NCBI RefSeq assembly: GCF_009914755.1
Contig: NC_060932.1
Strand: one strand, 5' to 3'
DNA from: the human T2T-CHM13v2.0 reference genome, Homo sapiens
Length of the DNA: 64,000 nucleotides
Below, piece by piece: positions 32,970 to 46,384 of this stretch. Below the pieces are notes generated by a model. It saw nothing but the letters and a program-made list of their open reading frames with translations, was not told the origin of the DNA and did not search any database. Both the position numbers and the translations under genes were made by a program. Every line of letters begins with the position of its first letter. The first letter of the stretch is position 1.

Positions 32970-34477
32970 AAAAAAACACGTTTCTATGCCTTCTCTGTTC
33001 TTGTTTTCTTTCCCTTCTCTTTCTATTCATAGAAAAGCCACTGGAGGAACTCAGTTCTTGGTACTGTGTATGTCTCCCCACTCCTGTGTTACATCTCCTG
33101 AGATCTTTAGGAGCATCAAGAAAACACTGGAAAATCCAAAAAGGATAATAGAACCTATAAATATATCAAGGCAGTAAACTGGGTCTATTATCAACTCCGA
33201 AAACAAGGGCTGAGTCACACGTAGCATACGCAGACAGGAGTACTTCATGCTAGGAATGTCTTCCCTTAGGACAATGTTCAGGGACCAGAATGGGGCCTGC
33301 AGAAGTCAGAACATTCCAGCTGCTTCACAGATCATTCTCCAGGAACCCCTGAAGAGGTTCCCTAACTGAGGCTAGTATGAAGACAACAGAAACACTGGTT
33401 GCCAATCAATGACTGTGCACCATAGAATGACAGTTACACACGCTTCGTTATGCAATTAACATGAATATAATCCTACAAACAACAATAAGAAGTATGTACA
33501 GGCTTCTGATATTAACTTCCAGTCTCCCAGCATTAAGTCAGACATGACAAGGAGTTGCTTTTGTCTCATCCCGTAGGGACTCGTTTTCTTCCCACATTAT
33601 CCAGTCTCTGTGATCTCTGTGTCCCAGGCTGCTCTTGTTCCCTGCCAGTCTGTGCCAGAATGGTTACTTCCTGATATCAGTGTCATTATTATTAATTGCA
33701 GAAAATACCTGCCTCTTGGCCTTGGATTTTAGAAACAGGCTGCATCTGCTGTGGTTACAGAAGAGTGCGTACTTTCCTTTCAGTGCTCTCCGCTGAATGC
33801 CCAGTTGTCAATAATTTACCATTTCAGGGCTGGCTTTTTCTTCTACATGATTGTGGCTTTGTGTCTCTCTCTGAGTACCTCTGCCTGTGAGCTCTGTGTT
33901 CCCCAAACTTCCTAAAAGAAGACTGGGGACGTTATCAGCTTGCTCCTTTTGACAGGAATAGCAATTTGCAAATCCAAATGGAAATTGTTTCTCTTCCCCA
34001 ACACAGCGAAAACTCCCTCTGTTGTGTTAGAACACATTTGGTAAATGTGCCCCTGACCACAGTCAGTTCTTCTTGCAGCCTGACTCTGGTATAGCAGTGT
34101 AATTGTATGAAAGACTCAATTAAAACCATGCAAGTTTCAAGGATACATGATCCTAGATAATCAATCCTATTTTTGCCATAACATACCTTTTACTTTCTAG
34201 GAATTGGCAGAGGGTTGGTTACTGTAGGCAGAATCTGTAATTAGTAATCAAATATATTTAAATGACAGAATCTATTCCAGTAGAATGTTTTACCCCAACT
34301 TGCTTTAGATCTAGATATAATATCTAGATATGAGGAACCTGATTACAATCCTGTATGGGGTGTTTGGACCCTGGATCTATAAAACAGCACTTCTATCAAA
34401 CTATATGTGACAGTCCCATATGTAAACTTAAAACAGTTGTTTCTATGAATCAGTAATTAGTATTTGTTCTCAGCTAA

Positions 34478-34824
<347 letters not shown>

Positions 34825-35044
34825 CTAAATGTTCATATCATTGGACAATTTTTGCATGAATGGATAAACAGAATGTGGTAGGTACATACTGTGGAACATT
34901 ATTCAACCTTAAAAAGGAAGGAAATTCTGAGCCATGCTATAACATGGGGAAACCTTAAGGACATTAAGTGAAATAAGCCAGTCACAAAATGACAAATACC
35001 ATATGAGATACTTAGAGTAGTCAAATTTATACATAGAAAAAGTA

Positions 35045-35345
35045 GGCCAGGCACAGTGGCTGAATGCCTGTAATCCCAGCACTTTGGGAGGCTGAGGTGG
35101 ACAGATTGCTTGAGGTCAGGAGTTCAAGGCCAGCCTGGGCAACATGGTAAAACCCCATCTTCACAAAAACACACAAAAATTAGCCAGGCATGGTGGCACA
35201 TCACTGTGGTCCCAGTTACTGAGGCTGAGGTGGGAGGATTGCTTGAGCCTGAGAGGCAGAGGTTGCAATGAGCTGACATTCTGCCACTACACTCCAGCCT
35301 GGGGGCCAGAGCGAGACCCCGTCTCAAAAAAAAATTAAAAAAGAA
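35045..35345 (+). mobile_element. AluJb
   Basis: Dimeric Alu, flanks agaaaagta / agaaagta. Confidence 0.88.
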
Positions 35346-35370
35346 AGAAAGTAGAATGGTGGTTGCCAAG

Positions 35371-35685
35371 GGCCGGGCACGGTGGCTCACACCTGTAATT
35401 CCAGCACTTCGGGAGGCCAAAGGAGCCGGGGGGGGGTGGATCGCCTGAGGTCAGGAGTTCAAGACCAGCCTGGCCAACATAGTGAAACCCGGTCTCTACT
35501 AAGAAATTACAAAAATTAGCCAGGTGTGGTGGCGAGCACCTGTAATCCCCACTATTCAGGAGGCTGAGGCAGGAGAATCTCTTGAGTCTGGGAGGCAGAG
35601 ATTGCAGTGAAGCAAGACCATGCCACTAAACTTCAGCCTGGGTGACAGAGCAAGACTCCATCTCAAAAAAAAAAAAAAAAAAAAA
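35371..35685 (+). mobile_element. AluSx-like
   Basis: Dimeric Alu; TSD agaatggtggttgcca on both sides. Confidence 0.9.
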
Positions 35686-36482
35686 GAATGGTGGTTGCCA
35701 GGGGTTGAAAGGAAGGAAAGAAAATGAGTTATTGTTAAGAAATACCAAGTTTCAGTCTGGGTAGATGCAAAAAGTTCTAGAGACACTGGGGGGTGATGAT
35801 TGCACAACCACATGAATGTACCTAGTGCCACTGAACTGTACACTTAGAAATGGTTAAAATGGTGGATTTTATGTTATATGTATTTACCACAAGTTTTTAA
35901 ATGTGATATAAAAAAGTTCATTTCCAAGTGAGGATTTTTAATATTTCCTAAAATATCTGACTCTGTGGTTAAAATGGCTTCCAAATGACACAGATTAGTT
36001 CTCCTGTGATCTTAACAATATATACAGAATACCCATAATCTCACACACATGAGAATATGGTGACATCCAGCTGCAAAGATTTCAAAGTTCAGAGCAACAA
36101 ACCACTAGGGCTTTTTCTTGGTTTTCTGGACAATGCACCTAAAAGGCTTTTCTGTTCTTCAAAATCCTAAAATGTATGTCTTGTAGTTCTACTCACAGGG
36201 GAAGTAGATAGGCTAAGAAGGCAAATGCACGGCAAATCATTCTCCATGACAAATCACAATGAACACTCTGCTTTGCTTTGCTGCTGCAGCCAATGACCCC
36301 GGAAGCAGTGTTGTTCACCATTGCACCTCCCAGGGCTCCTCCACCTGGTTCCTCCCTCACCCTGTCTGTGGCTCTCCTGCCTAGACATGTCCTGTCCACT
36401 GAACTGAATTGGAGGAAGGAAATGTTTGTCATTAGGAACCAATTACTCAAAGATACAAAGTATATATGTACATACATTTTCC

Positions 36483-36688
36483 TTTTTTTTTTTCATTTTT
36501 CTAACTTTTATTTTAAGTTCAGGGGTACATGTGCAGGTTTGTTACATAGGTAATAAATTTGTATCATGGGGGTTCATTGTGCAGATGATTTTGTCACCCA
36601 GGTATTAAGGCCAGTACCCATTAGTTATTTTTCCTGATCTTCTCCCTCCTCCCACCCTCCTCCCTCCTATAGGCTCCAGTGTGTGTCA
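36483..36688 (-). mobile_element. Older primate L1 (L1PA13-16/L1PB-like) 3' terminal fragment
   Basis: aacttttattttaagttcaggggtacatgtgcaggtttgttacatagg. Confidence 0.85.
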
Positions 36689-37444
36689 TTTCTATTTTCA
36701 TTTTCAAAGAGAGATCTCTCTGAAGGCCTCACATTACCTGTTCCAGATAACTTTTGACAACAACAGCTTCAAATAAGGTAAATATTCATCACCACATACA
36801 AGCTGAAACGAAAATAAGTCATCAATGGAATCCTAATGAAAATAAGTCCTTAAAACAATCCTTCTTTTCTTTTTTCGGGAACTCTGTGGATGGCTATGCA
36901 TTTGATTCCTTTTCTCATGTCTGACTCTGTTTCTGGGGGTGTCATGTGGCAAAAAATAAAATAAAACTAAAAATAAAAAAAATTTTAAAAAGGAGGAGGA
37001 TGGGCTTTTAAGCCAGAGAGAGAGAAATCCCATTCCTGGCCCTCCTGTGTGCCAACTGAGCAGCTCTGGCTCTCTGGAGGCCCCAAGCTGTCTATCTGAA
37101 GATGGTAACACAGGCATCCATGCTGCAAGATTGTAGCAAGGATTAGAAATTATGTATGAACAGCATTTGAAGCAGTGTGCAATAATTTATGTCAATGATC
37201 GTGATGTCTGCATCTCAAAGACAGTGGCGTATGTCACACACCAATACCTTTACACTGCTCAGTGCAACCACACCTCCCTCACCATTCCCCAGGAAAAGGT
37301 GCTCTGCTCAGAGTCTCGGGAGACAGCACACCCAAGGTGGCTCAGATTCTTTCTCCTTAAACTATTGCCTGTTTTATCAGTGTGGAAAACTGGGCAAATA
37401 GTACAATCACAGTAAGAGTCTCCCCATCCGTAAATGTTGCATCA

Positions 37445-37730
37445 GGCCAGGTACAGTGGCTCATACCTGTAATCCCAGCACTTTGGGAGGCTGAGGCAAG
37501 TGGAGCTCAGGAGTTCAAGACCAGCCTGGGCAATGTGGCAAAACTCTGCCTCTACTAAAACTACAAAAAATTAGCCGGGTGTGGTGGTGCATACCTGTAG
37601 CCCCTGCTATTCAGGAGGCTGAGGTGGGAGAATAGCTTGAGCCCGGAAGGCTGAGATTGCAGTGAACTGAGGTTGCAGCAGTGCACTCCAGTCTTGCGAC
37701 AGAGACCCTGTCTCTAAATAAATAAATAAA
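37445..37730 (+). mobile_element. AluJb
   Basis: Dimeric Alu with (taaa)n tail; TSD taaatg(t/c)tgcatca. Confidence 0.9.
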
Positions 37731-37974
37731 TGCTGCATCAGGCCTCAATGCTTGAGACCTAAATCTGACTTATATCTGTTTTGGCCAAATTCCATGCTGA
37801 TCCTCTAGAGACAGCACCCAAGCCACAGGACTGCTTAGTATTTTCTCCGCACCGCCATGGTTCCTCACTGCTGTGGTTCTCTTTCTTCTTCCCATTTCCC
37901 ACTATTGTTCTGTTTCCTTTCATATAGACTATATTCCAGAAATATGAACATTAAAGCTTAAGAACAGAGTTCAG

Positions 37975-38270
<296 letters not shown>

Positions 38271-38499
38271 TTAATACAAGTCATTCTTCATCAAAGGAAA
38301 TGCTTTGCTTATGCATATTCAGAGAAGAATAACAAATATGGTCTGTCGTGTCTTCCAGAACTTGGTATCTTCTTCCTTTACCATTGGTGCTACCACCAAG
38401 GGACAGGAATGCATGCTAATCACAGATACTTAGTCAACTCATCTTTCTGCCTCGCCTTGCCCTATCTCAGGGAGCCTTCTCCCAGTGTCCCTGCAAGTG

Positions 38500-38963
38500 A
38501 CCTTATCCCCTCAACCACAGCTGGTTGGATCAGGGATGACTACCTGATCCAAGCTGGGCCAATCAGATTCTTTTTTAAGAAGTGATTATTGAAATACAGG
38601 AGTTCTAGCTGGCCTCCTGGGAGTACTTAAGCTGGAAACTTATCAAGACTGGGAAGACTATATCGGGTCCACATGGAAGTAGAACTGAGAAATGGGGTCT
38701 GCAGAAAGCAAAAATGAAGCAGATAGCCAGAGAGAAGCAGATGAGAATATGCACAGGTCAGAGAGAGAGGGAGAGAGAGAATGGAGAGAAAGTCTTCCTG
38801 TCTGAGGGCTTTCTAATTGCTGGTTCCAGCCATTCATAAGACCCAGAAATGTATCCTTGGGTTCTTTGACAGACACACGTATCCTTCTGATGGCTTTCTC
38901 TTTTTGCTTAAATTAACTTGAATGGAGTTGAATGTTCCTTGAAAGCAAAGAGTCCCTGTAACA
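38500..38963 (+). mobile_element. MLT1K-like LTR remnant
   Basis: acctgatccaagctgggccaatcaga ... ttttgcttaaattaacttgaatgg...aaagagtccctgtaaca. Confidence 0.65.
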
Positions 38964-39135
38964 ATGCTTCTTATCTTAGCTACTCACCCAATTGGGTGAT
39001 GCCATCACCATTGCCACCAGCAATCACAATGGAACCCATTCCTCTTGAGGGCAGGGAGTTGGGAGCCAGCACCCCTTAGACAGCAGAGCCAAATGCCAAA
39101 AGCGCATCATACTAGCTTGTAGTAGCATTTGTTAG

Positions 39136-39340
39136 CCAAATGGTGTGCTGGCAAATGTCTAACAACCAACTCACCTGGAGAAAAAAAAAAAACCCAGTTT
39201 GAAAGATTTGCCAATTTCCGTGGTGTAAATAGCCCCACCATTGCCACTTCTCATGTTATATTGCTGAACACAGACTTTGGAAAAGATACTCACAGTGGAC
39301 TCTTGGGGGTCAGGACAAGTGGCTATCTAGCCTACATTTT
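39136..39340. mobile_element. MER63-type hAT DNA transposon MITE
   Basis: tggtgtgctggcaaatgtctaacaacc...tttgccaatttccgtggtgtaaata. Confidence 0.75.
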
Positions 39341-40439
39341 CTGATTTAGAAATACTTCCTGGCTCCCTTTTATGACTTGGTTCTTGTCATCTCACTCTTG
39401 GGTTAATGGTTTAGAGTGTTATTAGCTCTATGTCTTTTATTCTGAACCAATTTAAATCTCTTTTGGAGAAGGCATAGGAAAATCATTTTTAAAATACAGC
39501 CTCATTCTTCTCTGAGAACCATAGTTTTATGCCCTCTCAAACACTAAGAGAATAATAATAATACCTAACACTCATATAGCAATTCACAGTGTCTAAATTA
39601 TCTCAATGGCATGCTATGGTGGCTAGAACATAACTTTGCCATCACACTGACCTACTTTGAATCCCTGCATAAAGGATGCATTTGGTAAATGTTAGATTTC
39701 CTTTCACACATAACGACTCATTTGCTCCAAGTATTCATCCAGCCTCAGTGTTGATCTTGTGCATGACAGCCAAAATCAGAAAAGACTCCTAAACAAAGGC
39801 TACAACTTTCTCAAGGGATCAGTTGTCCCTTTTAGAAAGGCAGAGCTGGCTCTTTAGCTGAGGCTGGAGGCAGAACACACCTGAGTCCAGTTTTAAGAAA
39901 CCTCACACACTCCCTTTCAGAGACCAGAAGGAAAGCTGGACCCCAATGCTGCACTTCTTCTGTTCTACTTTGAGCTGAGTTTTTGTCCTCTGGTTCTGCT
40001 TGCAAGAGACAAATGAGACAAGACTTCATGGGAATCATCTCCCTCTGTAGACTGCCAAAGATGCACATCACCCTAGCAACCGCAGAGGGAGAAATGCCCT
40101 TTGCTGGTGTGCAGTGGGGGTGTCTCAGTGGTTCTCCTGTTAGGTTTCAGCTTCAGCTCAAACCATTTCCAGTTTTACCTTTCCAGTGATTTGATAACAA
40201 ACACTGGAGCATGAACCAACTTGACCCATCATTCCTTCAACTCCCCTCACTCTTGACTATCCGCTACCCCTGGTTTGGAAGAAACCTAAATGTCCCAGGC
40301 CCCATTAGTCTCTGGGTCTTTGAGAACCAAGGAGGTAACTTTCCCATGAGCAAATGGCTCCCCAGACCCTGCCTGGAGAGCTTTCAAGTCAAGACAAAGA
40401 CTTTATCTCATAGCTTCTTCAGTAGGGTCTTGTGTTTTG

Positions 40440-40731
40440 GACAACAGTTTTGAAAATCCTTAGCAACACATTTCTTTAAGTGGAATCTCATATCAAAGTC
40501 CTAAAAGAGATTAAAAAAAAAAGTAGATCTGTTTCTTTATGGCCTTTTAAGTCTTTTTATCAGATCTCAAAAAAATTAGAAGTTGAATTAGAAATTGAAA
40601 CTGGTTGAATTGCAGTGAGGGCCCCAAGAGACTCCTGCAGGCCTGAGCCCTGGACCCTCGCTTATTGAAAAGGCCTTAACACATGGCAGGGAAACCCTAG
40701 GGCTCCTAGGGCTCAGTTTGAAAACCACTGC
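40440..40731. mobile_element. hAT-Charlie (Charlie4z-like) remnant
   Basis: gaaaccctagggctcc...cagtttgaaaaccactg terminal repeat. Confidence 0.55.
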
Positions 40732-41889
40732 ACTAGGAAGCTCTTTCTCTGCCTGTGTGCAGGATCAGGAGCATCCAAAGTGAGTTGACAGCTGGGGGCA
40801 AGGAAACCGGTTAGTAGTTTGCTACAGTTGATCAAATGAATGTTAAAAAGACCTGAACTACCTACAGGTCTTTTTAGGGGGAGACATTCCAGGGACAGAG
40901 TAATTAGGACTGGGCAACTAACTGGATGTGAGAGTCACAAGAGAGGATAAAGATGCCTCTGATTTTTCAAGCTTGTGTGACTGAGAAAATTATGGTAGAA
41001 ATTCAGTAGAAATGGCACTCAGGAAGAGAAGGAAATAATCCATTTGGTTTGGGGCATGCCATGTATTTTGTCTGGACTAGTTTAGCTTCTCTCTTTGAAA
41101 CATCCTGGGAGCACTTCTATCCTAGATTGAGAAGGTGACCTGTCCACAAGTTCCCGTAGGAAACCAGGAGGGAGCAATGGCCCCATCATGCCTCCTGGGC
41201 AAACATGCATAAGACACAAAGCACAAAAATATATGCCAGTTGCAAGGGAATAGGACTCCAGGCTGTGAAGTCTATTTACCCCAAAGTCATGGACAAATGG
41301 TCAAGATCAAGCTTCTAAACAAAAATGTGTTCTCTCTCCAGGCTCAGCCCTTCTGAGGACATGAGCTGGCAGCATTGCTCTCAGCCAGAATGCTGTCAGA
41401 TCAGATAGTTGACAAATGTTTGCTCAGAGCCTGCTATGTTGGGGTTAGCCTAGAGAGGTGAGATTACTGGCTGTCCTCAGGATTCAAGCAGCCTAAGCAC
41501 ACAGATGGGGTCACCCAGACCACTGTTTATTCTCCAGAGTGAGTTCATTTGTTTATCTCAGAGTGATCCACAAATAGTGACTTCATGCAGTTATGACCAG
41601 GGCTTCTCTGTGCTCCATGACCCAGGCTGGATGCACTTGGCTGTCACAGTTAGAAAGCTGTCACAGGAAGATCTTCTAGTGCCAATCTCCTTTCTCCCTC
41701 TGTTTGCCACTGGATCACCAGAGAAGGCAGATGGTGCCCTGCAAACACATCCAGAAACCAGGCAAATGTGACTCACGTTGATAATGGAAATCCAGCAGTG
41801 GGCACACCATCGCATGGGACTAACCGCTGCAATGAGATCCCGCAGGGAGGTGGGAGAGGCAAACTTCAGGTCAACTCAAAGAAGAACGA

Positions 41890-42110
41890 CCTTGATGGTT
41901 GAGAGCACAGCCTGCAGAGTCAGTCTGCCTGGGCTTCAGTCCTTCCTCCCTCCACCAGTTACCGGCTGTGAAACCTCTCTGTGCCTTAGTTTCTACGTCT
42001 TTTAGAAGGGAATAATGATTAATACCTCCTAAGCTGGATATAAGCATAAAGAGAGATAAGCCACATAGAGATTTCAGCACAGCAGTGTCCACATACCCAA
42101 TACGTGGTGA
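41890..42110 (+). mobile_element. MIR
   Basis: tggttgagagcacagcctgcagagtcagtctgcctggg...aacctctctgtgccttagtttct. Confidence 0.75.
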
Positions 42111-43313
42111 TCATTCTTAAGTCCCATTCCACAAAGGAGTGGGATGCACCAGGGGTAGGAGGTGCCCTACCATGTGGTTTTCCACCCAGCATTTGGACAC
42201 CTTTGTCAATAAATAATGCAGAGAGATTTCAGTGTGGGTGGGGAGCTGACTCTCTTTTGCTTACTCTGAAGTCACTTTCACAGCTGAGACTGAAATATGG
42301 AGTCCAGACATAGCCTTTCTTCGTGAGCGCCTGCATCACCCCATGTTCATGCTGCCAGCATTCACAGGACACCTACTCCGCCCAAAGCATCATGCACTGT
42401 GTCAACAGTCGAGGAATTTTAACCCCAAAGACAAGGCAAGCTTGTGTACAGCCAGTCACTGTAGCCATGGCTCTAAAGACCCCAGGAGAAGGACGCAGAC
42501 CGGGCTACGTGCACTAATCAAACGAGGACTTGTTTTCTATTTCTGCCTTTGGGATTATCTAAGGGATTGGCAGGTCTGTAAATCGCTCCAAGCTGCTTGA
42601 CCACGCAGACACCAGACCTGCTACCGAAAACACCCTGCCAAGCATGACGCTGTTTATCAAAACAAGGTCTTCAAAAATCTTTTCTCTCAATTTCCACTCT
42701 ATTTCCTAATCAAGAAATAGATAATCCCAGGAGAAAATCAGCTTGCATTTCTCTTCTTCTCTCTGTCTGTCTCTCAGCCTCTCTGTCTCACTCTGCCTCC
42801 TTCTCTCCCTCCTTTCTTTCCCTCTCTCCCCACCCCCTCTAGCTTTTATCATTTTAAGCTGTATGCATGCCATTCTTCAGGGGATTAAAGTCAAATTTAG
42901 TCTTCTGCGATTGTTATTACCTACCCCTCGGCTTATGAGATGCATTTGCCTGCATTTGTAATGCATCAATAACTTCCACTCTCCTCCACTTGTAAACAAT
43001 GCATTATATTAAATAGCCTGTGTGTAGCCTTGTATTGAAACAGACGATAAATTAGGACTTCCAGTTCTTGGTTTTTACTGATTCCTAAACCTGCCAGTTA
43101 CGTGCCTGTCCGCCCCACTGAACATTCTCTCTAAAGCTGAGAATGCACAAAGCCCTTGTTCACCGTTCCTCCTGTCTCCATCACTGCTGCCGGCTGTCAG
43201 TTTCACACCACCAAGCAGATTGTAATTGGCAGGATGAGGTGCCGAAATAGGGAATGGTTTGAATACGTGGTTCTCACCATACACACATGCACACACTCAC
43301 AAAATCCAAAATT

Positions 43314-43358
<45 letters not shown>
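43314..43358. repeat. Compound microsatellite (CT)n(CA)n
   Basis: Directly visible. Confidence 0.95.
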
Positions 43359-43360
<2 letters not shown>

Positions 43361-43852
43361 CGCACATCTTTCTGACTTACAATGTTCTGCAAATTTAGCA
43401 ACTTGATTTGTGAAGCTTCTAATCAGAATCCACAAGGGCTGCCCTCGTTTTCTAGCCCATGGATTGGAAGCAAGCAGAGAAAGGAAACACAATGCAATCA
43501 ACACCCAGTCCCATTCTAACACAGCCAGGCCTTCCCGGTCCTGGATGGATGTTGCTTTGGGAATGTGCCCTGCTGGGAGCCAGCCCTTATGTTTTGTCAG
43601 GAAGCTTCTCTGGGATCTGAAATCTGCAAACTTCTCAAGAACCGTAATCACCCTGTCCAGCCTTGAGTGAGGTCCCAGAGCAAAGAGCAAAAACTCTGGA
43701 AAGAGGAATCTAGCTCAAAGAATCTTGCGTCATTTATATAGATCTTTCCCCTCAGAGCAATGAAAACTCAGCATCAATCTTTCCAGTCGGTGTATTCCAA
43801 CATCTACCAATCTTTTGCAAACTCAAATCTAGATGAATTGGATCATTTAAAG

Positions 43853-44073
43853 CAGCGTTTCTCAACCTGGGCACTATTGATGTTTTAATCCAGATCATTT
43901 AATTCTTCATCACAGGGAGGCTGCCCTGTGCATGGTAGGATGTTTAGCAGCATCTCTGGCCTCTATTTACTTAGATACCAGTAGTACCTCCTCCCAAGCG
44001 TGACAATCAAAAATGTCTCCAGATATTGCCAAATGGTCCTCGCAGGGCAAAATCGCCTTGGTCGAGAACCACA
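43853..44073. mobile_element. MER20 hAT-Charlie MITE
   Basis: cagcgtttctcaacctgggcactattga ... caaaaatgtctccagatattgccaaatg ... ggtcgagaaccacag. Confidence 0.85.
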
Positions 44074-44154
44074 GTGACAGTTATATTTGGTCTTGATGTC
44101 TGCCCATCGTTACAGGATTTCACATCTAATAAAGCCCAGAGGGTTCCTCTAGTC

Positions 44155-44339
44155 GTGTGGTTCTCAGAATGTAGTCCCCAGACCAGCAGCATCAGCATCA
44201 CCTAGGAACTTTTTGGAAATGCATTGAGCCCCACCCCAGATACGTGTAGTCAGAAATTCCAGGGAGGGGGCCTGACAATCAGTGTTTTAATGAGCATCCT
44301 GGGTAATTCCAATGCAAGCTACAGTTCAAGAACCGCTTC
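44155..44339. mobile_element. MER5A
   Basis: gtggttctcagaatgtagtccccagaccagcagcatcagcatcacct ... agttcaagaaccgct. Confidence 0.85.
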
Positions 44340-44418
44340 GCTCCTCCAACCTCTCATTATTACAAATAGAAAAATCAAGACCCAGAGAGGTAAAGTGACT
44401 TAGCCAAAGTCACAGAGC

Positions 44419-44728
44419 TTTTTTTTCTTTTTCTTTTCTTTTTTTTTTTTTTATACAGAGAGTCTTGCTCTGTAACCCAGTGGCATGATCTCAGCTCACT
44501 GCAACCTCCACCTCCAAGGTTCAGGCTATTCTCCTGCCTCAGCCTCCTGGGTAACTGGGATTACAGGTGCATGCCACCACACCCAGCTAATTTTTTGTAT
44601 TTTTTTAGTAGAGACAGGGTTTTACCTTGTTGGTCAGGCTGGTCTTGAACTCCTGACCTCAAGCGATCCACCTGTCTCAGCCTCCGAAAGTGCTGCGCTT
44701 ACTGGCATGAGCCACCATGCCCAGCCTC
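44419..44728 (-). mobile_element. AluSx-like inserted in a MIR
   Basis: TSD ccaaagtcacagagct on both sides; MIR core (gaggtaaagtgacttagccaaagtcacag) upstream. Confidence 0.9.
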
Positions 44729-45110
44729 CCAAAGTCACAGAGCTACTTTGAGAGGCAGACTGTCTACCACCTGAACCAAAGCACTTACCACTCAATCACT
44801 CTCCCGTGCACCACCCTGGACCACTTCCCCATCTCACGCTTCAGCCCTCTTGCCCCTTTTCTGAATTGCACTATTCTTTGTGCTTGTTTTCCTGATCTTT
44901 TACCCTTTGTGAGATATTCTGCACTAACTAGGCTGAGATTGAGTTTAGCAATCTCTGTTTACACTTCCTGCTAGCAGTGGAGCGCATGGCAGTGTGTACG
45001 GCAGTGAGCACAGGTCTGCGTGGCTGTTTTGTGGGTGATCTCTGTTTGTGTGTCTATGTGTGCGCCTTTATGGCTGTGGCCATATGCATGCATCCAAGCA
45101 TGTGTGTGCA

Positions 45111-45481
45111 TGTGTTCGTTTTGTTGGGCTGCCATAACAAAGTGCCACAGACTTACACAACAGAAAGGTATTGTGGCTTACACAACAGAAAGGTATTGTC
45201 TCACAGTTCTGGAGGTTGGAGGTCTGAGATTAAAGTATTGGGAGGTTTGGTTTCATCTGAGGCCCTCTTCTTGATGCCTCATCACGCAGTCTGCCCTCTG
45301 TGCTGTGCCCCTGCCATCTCCTCTTCCCATAAGGTCACAGTCACATTGGAAGGGTCCATCCTAATGGTCTCATTTTGACTTTATCACCTCTTTAAAGTCC
45401 TTATTGCCAAATACAGTCACAGTACTGGGTGTTGGGAATTCAACATACAAATTCTAGGAGGACACAACCGAGCTCATAACA
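45111..45481 (-). mobile_element. MLT1B-like MaLR solo LTR
   Basis: gggctgccataacaaagtgccacagact ... gaggacacaaccgagctcataaca. Confidence 0.8.
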
Positions 45482-46384
45482 GTGCACAGAAAGGGGACAT
45501 GAAAGTCAGAGGCTGTCTTTGAGCGGCCACGCTCCCCTCTCTGGCCCACATCTCCAAATGCAGGATCAGTAACCTGTGACCACCACTGGCAGCTTGTCCC
45601 TTAATTTGAGGGCCAGTGGCAGGCATGAATCTTGTCAGGCAGATTTCAGGCAGGCAGAAACTGACATGTTCCTTCTTTCAGATCAAAAGACTATAAAACT
45701 CATCTCTTGGGGCTTTCTGGATAACATAACATGTTAATCCAGGGTCACCACATTGACTATTTTTGATGAAAATTCAAGCAGACTTTGTGATTATTTTCCC
45801 CCTACAGTTGTCAGAATTAAAAATAGTAATTTTCACATCAGGTGAGCAGAGCCTCTGACCCCCTAGTCTTGTATGAATATTACTAATTTAAAAACACATA
45901 GTAAAATAAATAGACTTTCTAATTCAGAAGCAGCTCTGAACTACCGGCTGATTTCAATCCTGATTTGAGTCCAATGTGGATGCATCTGAGTCACTGTAGA
46001 AATTGTGTATTTAGGAGGCAGAATGACCCAGGCTGCAAATGAATAACAGAGCTTAAGTAAGAACCGGGAATCCTGACTTCAACCCACAGGGTTATGTTCA
46101 GCCAGGTTTTGTCCATTTCAAATGGCACAACAGGTTCTTCCTTGACAGATACCTTGGGGTCAGGGCAAGCCACTCCTCGGCCTTGGGTTCTAGTAGCAAC
46201 TGACAGCTAGGACACAGGCAGGAGGAGATCACCAGGCCATCCTTCCCCATCCAGCACTTGAGGTTCCGTGAGCTCCTAGAAATGGGAGGACTTCAGTCCC
46301 TGATGAGGATTAGTCCACAGATCTGTGGGGAGAGTGCAATATACAGCCCCAGGTCAAACAGGTCAGACCTGGAAACCTAAATAG

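Noticed and set aside
42072-42092. RE1-like ttcagcac
   Set aside because: Part of a MIR tail with no GGACAG right half.
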